DNA of 64,000 bases. Origin: Flavobacteriaceae bacterium. GTDB taxonomy: Bacteria; Bacteroidota; Bacteroidia; Flavobacteriales; Flavobacteriaceae. Every line of letters starts with the position of its first letter. The stretch's first letter is position 1. The translations under genes were made by a program, and so were the position numbers. The stretch spans positions 1,346-65,345 of the forward strand of contig CANHKZ010000001.1 of the NCBI GenBank assembly GCA_947461425.1, written 5' to 3'. Positions 17,414 to 26,382 of this stretch are shown in pieces. The notes under the pieces were generated by a model, which saw nothing but the letters and a program-made list of their open reading frames with translations, did no database searches and was not told the DNA's origin.

Positions 17414-19594
17414 ATGGGAAAGCGTTTAAGAAAACCGCTAAAAAAAGAGAGGAATTACTCTGAAAAAATTGTAAAAATACTGTCTGAAAGTGCAAATAAA
17501 CTGTTTAACTACAAACAAATTGCTGCTAAATTAGAGGTAGACGATACACAAAGTAGAAATCAAATTATTAAAGATTTAAAAATTTTAGCAGCTCAAAAAC
17601 TAATTATTGAATCTGAACCTGGAAAATACTTAATTAAAGCAGAAAGTCAAGAATATTTCGAAGGTAAAATTGATATGACAGGACGAAAAACAGCTTATTT
17701 TGTTTGTTCGGATTTAGAAGAAGATGTTTTTATTCCAACTACTAATTTAAATAGGGCTTTAGATAAAGATATTGTAAAAGTATACATCTACAACCGAAGA
17801 AAAGGTCGCCGCCCAGAAGGAGAAGTAATTGAAGTAATTGAACGAAATAAAACAGACTTTGTTGGTGTTATTGATATTCAAAAAAATTTCTCTTTTGTAT
17901 CGACTGCAAATCCAAAAATGTACACGGATATTTTTATTCCAAAAGATAAAATAGGAGAAGCAGAGCAAGGTGATGTTGTTTTGGTTCATATTGAAGATTG
18001 GCCAAAAAGAGCTGATAGTCCTTTTGGAAAAGTAATAAAAGTACTTGGAAAACCTGGCGAACATAATACTGAAATTCATGCTATTTTAGCGGAATATGGT
18101 TTACCTTCTGAATTTCCTATTGAAGTAGAAACCTATGCACAAAAAATAGATACTTCTATTCAAGAATCCGAAATTGTAAAGCGTCGCGACATGCGTGATA
18201 CTTTGACTTTTACCATTGATCCAAAAGACGCCAAAGATTTTGATGATGCGTTGTCTTTTAAAAAGTTAGAGAATGGAAATTTTGAAATTGGAATTCACAT
18301 TGCGGATGTTTCTTTTTATTTAGAAGAAGGAACTATTTTAGATGATGAAGCTTATCAAAGAGCTACTTCAGTGTATTTAGTAGATCGAGTAGTACCAATG
18401 TTACCTGAAGTTTTGTCAAATTTTGCTTGTTCATTACGCCCTCAAGAGGAAAAATACACTTTTTCAGCTGTATTTGAAATTAATAAAAAAGCACAGTTAA
18501 TTAATCAATGGTTTGGAAGAACAGTTATTTTTTCTGATCAACGTTTTGCTTACGAAGAAGCCCAACATATTATTGAAACCAAAGAGGATACTATTCCACA
18601 AGAAGTTTCTATTACTGGTGCATCCTATCAAGTTTCACCAGAGATTGTGGATGCTACTTTACAATTAGATGCACTAGCTAAAATACTTCGAAGAAACAGA
18701 ATGAATGAAGGTGCAATTTCTTTTGATAAAGTTGAAGTTAAATTCAACCTAGACCAAGAAGGAGAACCTGCTGGAGTGTATTTCAAAATCTCAAAAGATG
18801 CAAATCATTTGATTGAAGAATTCATGCTTTTAGCTAATAGAAAAGTAGCTGAGTATATTGGTAAACAAAAGAAAACCTTTATTTATCGTATTCATGACGA
18901 ACCTAATGAAGATAAATTAATTGCGATGCAAACTGTCATTGCTAAGTTTGGTTATAAAATTGACTTTAGAAATAAAGACGATATTTCTAAATCGTTGAAT
19001 AATTTATTAAGCGATGTTGTAGGGACTAAAGAGCAAAACCTTATTGATACATTAGCTATACGAAGCATGAGCAAAGCTAAATATTCAACGGACAATATTG
19101 GTCACTATGGATTAGCGTTTGATTATTATTCGCATTTTACCTCACCAATTCGTCGTTATCCAGATGTAATGGTGCATCGTTTGTTACAATTTTATTTAGA
19201 TGGTGGAAAATCAGTTAATGAAGAAACCTATGAAGCTAAATGTTTACATTCTTCTACAATGGAAGGATTAGCAACTCATGCTGAACGGGATTCTATCAAA
19301 TACATGCAAGTTAAATACATGCAAAATCACCAAGACCAGGAGTTTCTAGGGGTGATTTCTGGAGTAACAGAATGGGGTATTTATGTCGAAATCATCGAAA
19401 ACAAATGCGAAGGGATGGTTCGAATTAGAGACATTAAAGAGGATTATTATACTTTTGATGAAAAACAATATGCTTTAGTTGGCGCCACATCTCACGGCTT
19501 ATTACAACTAGGAGATGAAATTTATGTAAAGGTTAAAAATGCTGACTTAGTTAAAAAACAATTGGATTTTCACTTTATTAGAAGAAACGAATAA
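17414..19594 (+). CDS. rnr: ribonuclease R
   Basis: FTIDPKDAKDFDDA, HFTSPIRRYPD motifs; C-terminal S1 domain. Confidence 0.95.
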   Translation: MGKRLRKPLKKERNYSEKIVKILSESANKLFNYKQIAAKLEVDDTQSRNQIIKDLKILAAQKLIIESEPGKYLIKAESQEYFEGKIDMTGRKTAYFVCSDLEEDVFIPTTNLNRALDKDIVKVYIYNRRKGRRPEGEVIEVIERNKTDFVGVIDIQKNFSFVSTANPKMYTDIFIPKDKIGEAEQGDVVLVHIEDWPKRADSPFGKVIKVLGKPGEHNTEIHAILAEYGLPSEFPIEVETYAQKIDTSIQESEIVKRRDMRDTLTFTIDPKDAKDFDDALSFKKLENGNFEIGIHIADVSFYLEEGTILDDEAYQRATSVYLVDRVVPMLPEVLSNFACSLRPQEEKYTFSAVFEINKKAQLINQWFGRTVIFSDQRFAYEEAQHIIETKEDTIPQEVSITGASYQVSPEIVDATLQLDALAKILRRNRMNEGAISFDKVEVKFNLDQEGEPAGVYFKISKDANHLIEEFMLLANRKVAEYIGKQKKTFIYRIHDEPNEDKLIAMQTVIAKFGYKIDFRNKDDISKSLNNLLSDVVGTKEQNLIDTLAIRSMSKAKYSTDNIGHYGLAFDYYSHFTSPIRRYPDVMVHRLLQFYLDGGKSVNEETYEAKCLHSSTMEGLATHAERDSIKYMQVKYMQNHQDQEFLGVISGVTEWGIYVEIIENKCEGMVRIRDIKEDYYTFDEKQYALVGATSHGLLQLGDEIYVKVKNADLVKKQLDFHFIRRNE

Positions 19595-19616
19595 GCTTAT
19601 TTTAAAAAACAGTATT

Positions 19617-20282
19617 ATGAAAAAATTACTTTTTATTTTAGTATTAATCAGTTCATTAACTCATGCTCAAACCGAAAAGAACGTAGGTGATTTTCATAAA
19701 GTAACCGCTTTTGATCAAATAACAGTGGAGTTATTTTCTTCAAATGAAAATAAAGTTGTGCTTTCTGGAATTAATTCTGAGATGGTAGAAGTGGTTAATA
19801 AAAATGGCGAACTTAAACTCAGAATGCCATTAACTAATTTATTAAAAGGAAATAAGGTTAACGCTAAAGTATATTATACTAATTTAGATGCCCTTGAGGC
19901 TAATGAAGGGTCGAAAATTTCAAGTGGAGCACTTATTATAGGGACTGCTTTTGATATTGTTGTAAAAGAAGGAGCTAAAATTAATATTGGTTTAGATGTA
20001 GCGAAAGTTACAGTAAAAATAACAAGCGGAGGGATAGTAACAACAAGCGGAATAGCTAAAAATCAAGATGTTATAATTTCTGCAGGTGCTATTTATGAAG
20101 GCAAAGAATTAAGCACAGAACAAACTACTATTAGCCTTAATGCTGGTGGAGAAGCTGCTGTTTTTGCAACAGAATTAGTTGACGCAAAAGCAAGAGCCGG
20201 AGGCGATATATTGATTTACGGAAACCCAAAACAAGTCAATAAAAAAACTTTTGCCGGAGGCTATATTAAAATAGTAAAATAA
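19617..20282 (+). CDS. DUF2807 / GIN-head domain secreted protein
   Basis: Signal peptide; Gly-rich beta-repeat pattern ending GGDILIYGNPK. Confidence 0.8.
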   Translation: MKKLLFILVLISSLTHAQTEKNVGDFHKVTAFDQITVELFSSNENKVVLSGINSEMVEVVNKNGELKLRMPLTNLLKGNKVNAKVYYTNLDALEANEGSKISSGALIIGTAFDIVVKEGAKINIGLDVAKVTVKITSGGIVTTSGIAKNQDVIISAGAIYEGKELSTEQTTISLNAGGEAAVFATELVDAKARAGGDILIYGNPKQVNKKTFAGGYIKIVK

Positions 20283-20306
20283 GTATAATCCCAAATCCTA
20301 ATAGCA

Positions 20307-20984
20307 ATGATAAATGATATTATAACCGGAATACCTTGGGGAATTTTCCTTAGTTTTATGATAGGCCCAGTGTTTTTCATTTTAATAGAAACCAGTATTA
20401 CTAAGGGATTTAGATCTGCTTTATTCTTTGATTTAGGTGTGGTTTTAGGGGATATTTTCTTTATTGCAGTTGCTTATTTAGGTAGTTATCGCTTGATAGC
20501 AAGTTTAAAAGACAAACCCGCATTGTTTGTTTTTGGAGGAATTCTAATGTTAACATATGGAACTATTTCGCTGATTAAATTAAAAAAACAATCAAAAATA
20601 CAGTACGAAGCGATTGACGATGAAATCATTAAAAAAAATTATGCAGGCTTATTTATTAAAGGATTTTTTTTAAATATTATAAATATTGGGGTATTAGGAT
20701 TTTGGTTGGCTATTATTATTTCTGTAGGACCAAAATTAGATATGCAAACTTCAAGAATGCTGACATTTTTTACATCAGTAATTCTAACATATTTATTAGT
20801 AGATTGCTTAAAAATTATCTTAGCTAAGCAATTAAAATCAAAATTAACACCTGTTAATATTCTGAAAATCAAAAAAGGGATTAGTATTGTTTTAATCGTG
20901 TTTGGAGTCGCTTTAATGGCTCAAGGTTGGTTTCCAAAAGAAAAAGAAATGGTTAAAAATGCTTGGAAGAAGATTGAAAAGTAA
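20307..20984 (+). CDS. LysE family translocator
   Basis: FMIGPVFFILIETSITKG and GFFLNIIN motifs; multiple TM helices. Confidence 0.88.
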   Translation: MINDIITGIPWGIFLSFMIGPVFFILIETSITKGFRSALFFDLGVVLGDIFFIAVAYLGSYRLIASLKDKPALFVFGGILMLTYGTISLIKLKKQSKIQYEAIDDEIIKKNYAGLFIKGFFLNIINIGVLGFWLAIIISVGPKLDMQTSRMLTFFTSVILTYLLVDCLKIILAKQLKSKLTPVNILKIKKGISIVLIVFGVALMAQGWFPKEKEMVKNAWKKIEK

Positions 20985-21007
20985 GTTTATAAATAATACT
21001 TTATAGA

Positions 21008-21415
21008 ATGAAAAAATCAATTGAAAATAAACTAAATCAAAAAAATACTAAACCCACAAGCATGCGTATTTTAGTTTATGATTTTCTTTCTTCTCAACAT
21101 ACAGCCGTTTCTCTTTCAGAAATAGAAGACCAATTTTCAGTAGCAGATAGAATTACCATTTATCGAACTTTAAAAACTTTCGAAGATAAAGGGATTGTTC
21201 ATAGTATTCAAGAAAACAAAACTACCAAATTTATACTTTGTTCGGATGAATGTAACGAACAAACACACCGCGATCTACATTTACATTTTTATTGTAAAAT
21301 TTGTAAAGAAACCACTTGTCGAGATAATTTTTTATTGCCTGATTTTTCAAATACATTTAGAATCGACGAAATTCGTTTTTTTGCGAAGGGAATTTGCGAA
21401 AATTGCTTAGTTTAA
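21008..21415 (+). CDS. Fur family metal-responsive transcriptional regulator
   Basis: DRITIYRTLKTF wHTH, HLHFYCKIC and GICENC motifs. Confidence 0.9.
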   Translation: MKKSIENKLNQKNTKPTSMRILVYDFLSSQHTAVSLSEIEDQFSVADRITIYRTLKTFEDKGIVHSIQENKTTKFILCSDECNEQTHRDLHLHFYCKICKETTCRDNFLLPDFSNTFRIDEIRFFAKGICENCLV

Positions 21416-21419
21416 ACTT

Positions 21420-21434
21420 TGCAATAGTGTTGCA
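21420..21434. promoter_or_regulatory. TGCAA-N5-TTGCA palindrome, candidate operator
   Basis: tgcaatagtgttgca between the Fur-family gene and the ICMT-family gene. Confidence 0.5.
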
Positions 21435-21469
21435 TTCGTTTTATAATGAAATTTGGTTAAAAATTAATT

Positions 21470-22075
21470 ATGACACTTTTTATTAAATTCTTCTTACTAA
21501 TTTATTTTATTATTTTCTTTGGGATTGCGTTTTTTGGAACTAGTTTCTTTGTTGCAAAAAAAATAGGTAAAAATCCAAATGTTTTACCTAATGATGACTC
21601 GGCTTATGGATTAATAGGAAAGTATTTTAAAATCAATTTAATTACTGTTTTTTTATATGTGATTTTATTATCTTTTGGTTCTTTAGAATTCGAAAATAAA
21701 TATTTAAAAACAACTTATTTTGACAGCAATAATTTAAAGATTTTCGGAATAATTTTGATGATTTTTTCTTTGATTTGCGTGATAATTGCTCAAATTAACA
21801 TGAAAGAATCATGGAGAATCGGTATAGATAAAGAAGTAAAAACAGAATTAATATTGTCTGGCCTTTTTAAATATTCAAGAAACCCTATTTTCTTAGGAAT
21901 GACTTTAAGCTTAGCGGGGCTTTTTTTAGTTAGTTCAAATTGTATAACATTGATTTTCTTAATAGTTGGTTGTATTCTAATGCAAATTCAAATACGATTA
22001 GAAGAAGAGTTTCTTCAAAAAACACATGGTAAATTGTATATTGAATATAAAAACAACGTGAGAAGAATGTTGTAA
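21470..22075 (+). CDS. isoprenylcysteine carboxylmethyltransferase (ICMT/PEMT) family membrane protein
   Basis: SWRIGID, GLFKYSRNPIFLG and EEEFLQKTHGKLYIEY motifs. Confidence 0.88.
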   Translation: MTLFIKFFLLIYFIIFFGIAFFGTSFFVAKKIGKNPNVLPNDDSAYGLIGKYFKINLITVFLYVILLSFGSLEFENKYLKTTYFDSNNLKIFGIILMIFSLICVIIAQINMKESWRIGIDKEVKTELILSGLFKYSRNPIFLGMTLSLAGLFLVSSNCITLIFLIVGCILMQIQIRLEEEFLQKTHGKLYIEYKNNVRRML

Positions 22076-22176
22076 ATTATGATGTGTTTTAAAAAAAATA
22101 ACATAAGACACCTCTAATTTTCGTAAAGTTTCAGTTGCATCCTCATTCCGATGTTTTAGAAGATTCTCACCCTAAC

Positions 22177-22343
22177 CTTACTAATTTTTTTCTAAAATGT
22201 TAAAAAAAGTTACATCACTGTATCTTTTCTAGAAGCATAGTCCGGATTCGAACCATACTTTACTAAATTTTTTCTAAAAAATTAAATAAAAAAAAGAGAC
22301 ACATTACTGTATCTCTTTTAGAGGCATCGTCCGGATTCGAACC
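22177..22343. repeat. two-unit tandem duplication containing the tRNA-Cys 3' end and downstream sequence
   Basis: 22177-22254 resembles 22258-22343; agaagcatagtccggattcgaacc vs agaggcatcgtccggattcgaacc (22/24). Confidence 0.8.
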
Positions 22344-22392
22344 GGAGTAGGAGCTTTTGCAGAGCCCAGCCTAGCCGCTCGGCCACGACGCC
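22322..22392 (-). tRNA. tRNA-Cys (GCA)
   Basis: GGCGTCG/CGATGCC acceptor stem, CTGCAAA anticodon loop, GGTTCGAATCC T-arm, U discriminator; CCA not encoded. Confidence 0.96.
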
Positions 22393-22485
22393 AATTGTTT
22401 ATTGGGTTGCAAAGATAGCAAAAAGTTTAATGTTTAAAAGGCTTATGCTAAAAACTTTGTTTGTAAACAACAGATCGCTTACTTC

Positions 22486-22845
22486 TTAATTACGATATTC
22501 TTCTAGTTCAATGGTAACCGCTTCAACATCCCCGCCTATAGGCGGATTAATTTTAGAAACACCAACCATGATGTAAGAAACAGAGGCTGCTTCTGCAAAA
22601 ACACGAACAATAATTCGGTTCGCTACATGTTCCAACAATTCAGATCGAATCGCCATTTCCTCTTCCACAATTTGGTTTAAAAGGACATAATCAACAGTAT
22701 CAGCTAATTTATCTGAGATACAGGATTTGCGTAAATCTGTTTTTACCTCCAAATCTATTCGATAGTCAGAACCAATTTTACTTTCTTCTACTAAACAACC
22801 GTGGTAGGAGAAGGTGCGAATATTTTTTAGTTTGATGGTTCCCAT
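22486..22845 (-). CDS. folB: dihydroneopterin aldolase
   Basis: FSYHGCLVEE, DTVDY, LLEH and KINPPIGG motifs; start at MGTIK. Confidence 0.93.
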   Translation of the reverse strand: MGTIKLKNIRTFSYHGCLVEESKIGSDYRIDLEVKTDLRKSCISDKLADTVDYVLLNQIVEEEMAIRSELLEHVANRIIVRVFAEAASVSYIMVGVSKINPPIGGDVEAVTIELEEYRN

Positions 22846-22994
22846 TGCTGTTATTTTCAAGATAAATTTTTATCACCATGACGGGTTAAAAGTACAAAAT
22901 GTTTTGCTTTTTTAGTTTTAAAACCGAATAAACAACCATACACTTCGCAGAATCATCAACAATTTTGATAACTTTGCTTTTCAAAATTTTTAAA

Positions 22995-25091
22995 ATGGCT
23001 TCAGAAGAAAAATCATTGCATTTCATTGAACAAATTATAGAAGACAGTTTAGCCTCTGAGTTTCCTCAGGATCATTTGCGCTTTCGTTTTCCACCAGAAC
23101 CCAATGGGTATTTACACATTGGTCATGCGAAATCAATTTGTTTGAATTTTGGTTTGGGATTGAAGCACAATGCGCCTGTAAATTTACGTTTTGACGACAC
23201 CAATCCAGCCAAAGAAGAGCAGGAATATGTAGATGCTATTAAAGAAGATTTGAAATGGTTGGGATTTAATTGGACTGAAGAATTGTATTCGTCGGATTAT
23301 TTCCAACAATTATACGATTGGGCGGTTCAAATGATTAAAAACGGAAAAGCCTATGTGGATAGCCAAACTTCAGAAGAAATGGCGGCCCAAAAAGGAACAC
23401 CAACACAACCAGGCGTTGACGGTCCTTATAGAAACCGTTCTGTTGAAGAAAATTTAGCTTTATTTCAAGCGATGAAAAACGGTGATTTTCCAGAAGGAAC
23501 TCATGTTTTGCGTGCTAAAATTGATATGACTTCTACTAATATGTTAATGCGCGATCCGTTGATGTACCGTATTTTACACCGTCATCATCACAGAACAGCC
23601 AACGAATGGAAAATCTATCCGATGTACGATTATGCACACGGTCAAAGTGATTATATCGAACAAATTTCTCATTCTATTTGTACCTTAGAATTTGTCATGC
23701 ACCGCGAATTATACAATTGGTTTTTAGACCAAATTTATGATACCAATAAAGTACGACCTAATCAATACGAATTTGCACGTTTGAACTTGAATTATACCGT
23801 AATGAGTAAGAGAAAGCTCTTGCAACTGGTTCAAGAAAACGTTGTTAACGGATGGGACGACCCAAGAATGCCAACGATTTCTGGTTTACGAAGAAGAGGG
23901 TATACCCCAAATTCAATTCGGAAATTCTGTGATATTATTGGCGTTGCCAAAAGAGAAAATGTAATTGATTATTCGCTTTTAGAATTTTGTTTACGCGAAG
24001 ATTTAAATAAAACTGCGCCTCGTGTTATGGCAGTTTTAGACCCCATAAAAGTGGTAATTATAAATTATCCAGAAGGAAAAGAAGAATGGTTGGAGGCTGA
24101 AAACAACCAGGAAGATGAAAGCGCAGGGTTTAGAAAAGTGCCTTTTTCAAGAGAGTTGTACATTGAAAGAGAAGATTTTTTAGAAGAAGCACCGGCTAAG
24201 TTTTTCCGTTTGAGTTTGGGTAAAGAAGTCCGATTGAAAAACGCTTATATTATTAAAGGCGAATCTGTATTGAAAGACGTTAACGGAGCTATTACAGAAA
24301 TACACGTTTCGTTTGACGAGGATAGCCGCAGCGGAAGCGGGAGCGAAGCAAGTCAACGGAAAGTGTCTGGAACCTTACACTGGGTATCCATTTCTCATGC
24401 AATAGAGGCCGAAGTTCGTTTGTACGATCGTTTGTTTACTGACGAAGCGCCAGATAGTTACAAAGAGAAAAATTTCTTAGAATTTATAAATCCTAATTCG
24501 TTGCAAATTAGCACTGGATTTGTAGAACCAAGTTTACAGAATGCTCAATCTGCTGATAAATTTCAGTTCCAACGTTTGGGGTACTTCAACCTAGATAAGG
24601 ATTCAACTACTGAAAAGTTGGTTTTCAATAAAACCGTAGGTTTAAAAGATACTTGGGAAGAAAAAGGCAAGAAGGAAGAAAATGTTTTGATGAATACGCA
24701 AAAAGAAATCAATAAATACGTCAAAGAAAAAGACGCTTCAACTGCCGAATTGATTTTGCAACCGATTATTGAAAACATTAAAACGATCGATAATTATAGC
24801 TTAATCAACCAAACGATTGTAAAAAATATCAAGAATGACAATAATTCGTTATTGTTTGCCAATTTGATTTTAGAACATTCAGACAAAGTGAATCCAATTG
24901 ATATTGATACAGACTCTTTAGTAAAATTATATACGATGTCTTTAAAAAGTCAATTGGCTTTAGTTCGAATTGCCGTTATACAAAATTTGCTTCACAACCC
25001 AATTCATTTAGCAAATTTTAAATCCATTTTGTTCGAAATAAAAGCAACTGAAAAAAACGAATCGGTTTTGTCTCTTTTGAACCAAATTTAA
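22995..25091 (+). CDS. glnS: glutamine--tRNA ligase with C-terminal extension
   Basis: RFPPEPNGYLHIGH and MSKR motifs; start at MASEEK. Confidence 0.95.
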   Translation: MASEEKSLHFIEQIIEDSLASEFPQDHLRFRFPPEPNGYLHIGHAKSICLNFGLGLKHNAPVNLRFDDTNPAKEEQEYVDAIKEDLKWLGFNWTEELYSSDYFQQLYDWAVQMIKNGKAYVDSQTSEEMAAQKGTPTQPGVDGPYRNRSVEENLALFQAMKNGDFPEGTHVLRAKIDMTSTNMLMRDPLMYRILHRHHHRTANEWKIYPMYDYAHGQSDYIEQISHSICTLEFVMHRELYNWFLDQIYDTNKVRPNQYEFARLNLNYTVMSKRKLLQLVQENVVNGWDDPRMPTISGLRRRGYTPNSIRKFCDIIGVAKRENVIDYSLLEFCLREDLNKTAPRVMAVLDPIKVVIINYPEGKEEWLEAENNQEDESAGFRKVPFSRELYIEREDFLEEAPAKFFRLSLGKEVRLKNAYIIKGESVLKDVNGAITEIHVSFDEDSRSGSGSEASQRKVSGTLHWVSISHAIEAEVRLYDRLFTDEAPDSYKEKNFLEFINPNSLQISTGFVEPSLQNAQSADKFQFQRLGYFNLDKDSTTEKLVFNKTVGLKDTWEEKGKKEENVLMNTQKEINKYVKEKDASTAELILQPIIENIKTIDNYSLINQTIVKNIKNDNNSLLFANLILEHSDKVNPIDIDTDSLVKLYTMSLKSQLALVRIAVIQNLLHNPIHLANFKSILFEIKATEKNESVLSLLNQI

Positions 25092-25120
25092 AAAGAGTCG
25101 ATTTATAGATTTTATAAATT

Positions 25121-25146
25121 AAAAACCCGTTACATGGCGGGTTTTT
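25121..25146 (+). terminator. intrinsic terminator after glnS
   Basis: aaaaacccgtta-ca-tggcgggttttt. Confidence 0.75.
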
Positions 25147-25395
25147 GTTATTATAATTAGATCTTATAGTCTTGTCTGTTTCTATTGATTTATCCAATTA
25201 AAAACAGATTAAATATATCGCTTTTAAAGATGTTTTTCCTTTTTTACATCAACAAGCCCCAAGCCATAAAAGAAAATCATTTTAACGGCTTTATCTGCTT
25301 TTCATCACATAAAAAGTCGCTTTAACGAGTTCTTAACTTACAAAAGAAAAAATATGTTGTATCTTTAATGGTGTAATCATTAAATAAAAGAAATT

Positions 25396-25725
25396 ATGTC
25401 AAACACTTCAGGAAATTCTTTATTGACGCTTTTAGTAGGCGCATTAATTGGAGCCGGAATTGGAGTTTTGTACGCTCCAGATAAAGGAACCAAAACAAGA
25501 GAAAAAATTAAAGATGGTTTTCAGGATGCAAAAGACGATTTGAAACAGAAATTAGATGAGGTTTCAGAACAATTAAAAAGTAAGTTGACTCACTCAAAAG
25601 ACAATTTAGAAGATTCCTTTGAAGATATGGTTTCCAATGTAAGTCATAAAACCGAAGACCTTATTTCTTTTTTAGAACAAAAGTTGGCCGAGCTGAAAGA
25701 ACAAAACGCCAAACTTCAAAAATAA
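25396..25725 (+). CDS. YtxH domain protein
   Basis: GALIGAGIGVLYAPDKGTKTR signature followed by a coiled coil. Confidence 0.9.
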   Translation: MSNTSGNSLLTLLVGALIGAGIGVLYAPDKGTKTREKIKDGFQDAKDDLKQKLDEVSEQLKSKLTHSKDNLEDSFEDMVSNVSHKTEDLISFLEQKLAELKEQNAKLQK

Positions 25726-25747
25726 GTTTTACTTTAAATCTCAAATT

Positions 25748-26098
25748 ATGGCTTTTGAAGAAATAAAAAATCAAACCGATCAAATTCAAGAACACGCAAA
25801 AGGGTATATAGAAACAAGTATTGAGTATTATAAACTCCGTGGATTCAAAGTTTTAATGCAATCCACCACAATGATTGTCAAATTACTCCTAATTGTACTT
25901 TGTTTAAGCATGGTCGTTTTGTTTGGCTCGATTGCCGCCGCATTTGCAATCGGGGCTTATTTTGATAATATTGTTTTAGGTTTTTTGTCTGTCGGTGGAT
26001 TTTATTTAGTCGCAACAGGCTTATTGTTTTTAGTAAAAGATAAAACAGTTGAAGGGCCTATCTTAGAGAAATTTTCAACCATTTTTTTCAATGATTAA
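25748..26098 (+). CDS. small two-TM protein (YqjE/holin-X-like)
   Basis: 116 aa with two hydrophobic helices; operon with YtxH. Confidence 0.6.
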   Translation: MAFEEIKNQTDQIQEHAKGYIETSIEYYKLRGFKVLMQSTTMIVKLLLIVLCLSMVVLFGSIAAAFAIGAYFDNIVLGFLSVGGFYLVATGLLFLVKDKTVEGPILEKFSTIFFND

Positions 26099-26100
26099 TT

Positions 26101-26352
26101 ATGGCTAAAATATACTCCTCGTACAACCAAATTGATTCAGATTTAGAAATCCTGAAAACAGAAAGAGAAATCCACTTGCAAAAAATCTTCTTGAATATGG
26201 AGAAAACAAAGGACGCTTTTCAGCCAGAAAATCTATTCCGAGAAGCTTTGGTATCTTTCAAAAAAATACTATCGAATTCGTATGGCATGCTTTTACAAAT
26301 TGCCATTCCTTATTTAATTAACTGGCTAATAAACAAAAAAAGAGGCGATTAA
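26101..26352 (+). CDS. DUF6327-like small protein
   Basis: YSSYNQIDSDLEILKTEREI motif; third gene of the YtxH operon. Confidence 0.6.
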   Translation: MAKIYSSYNQIDSDLEILKTEREIHLQKIFLNMEKTKDAFQPENLFREALVSFKKILSNSYGMLLQIAIPYLINWLINKKRGD

Positions 26353-26367
26353 GCCTCTTTTCTTTTT
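26335..26367. terminator. bidirectional terminator
   Basis: aaaagaggc-gattaa-gcctctttt between convergent genes. Confidence 0.75.
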
Positions 26368-26382
26368 CTATCTAATCTAAAA

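Noticed and set aside
22231-22254. Second tRNA gene
   Set aside because: Only the T-arm and acceptor 3' part is present; no D-arm or anticodon arm
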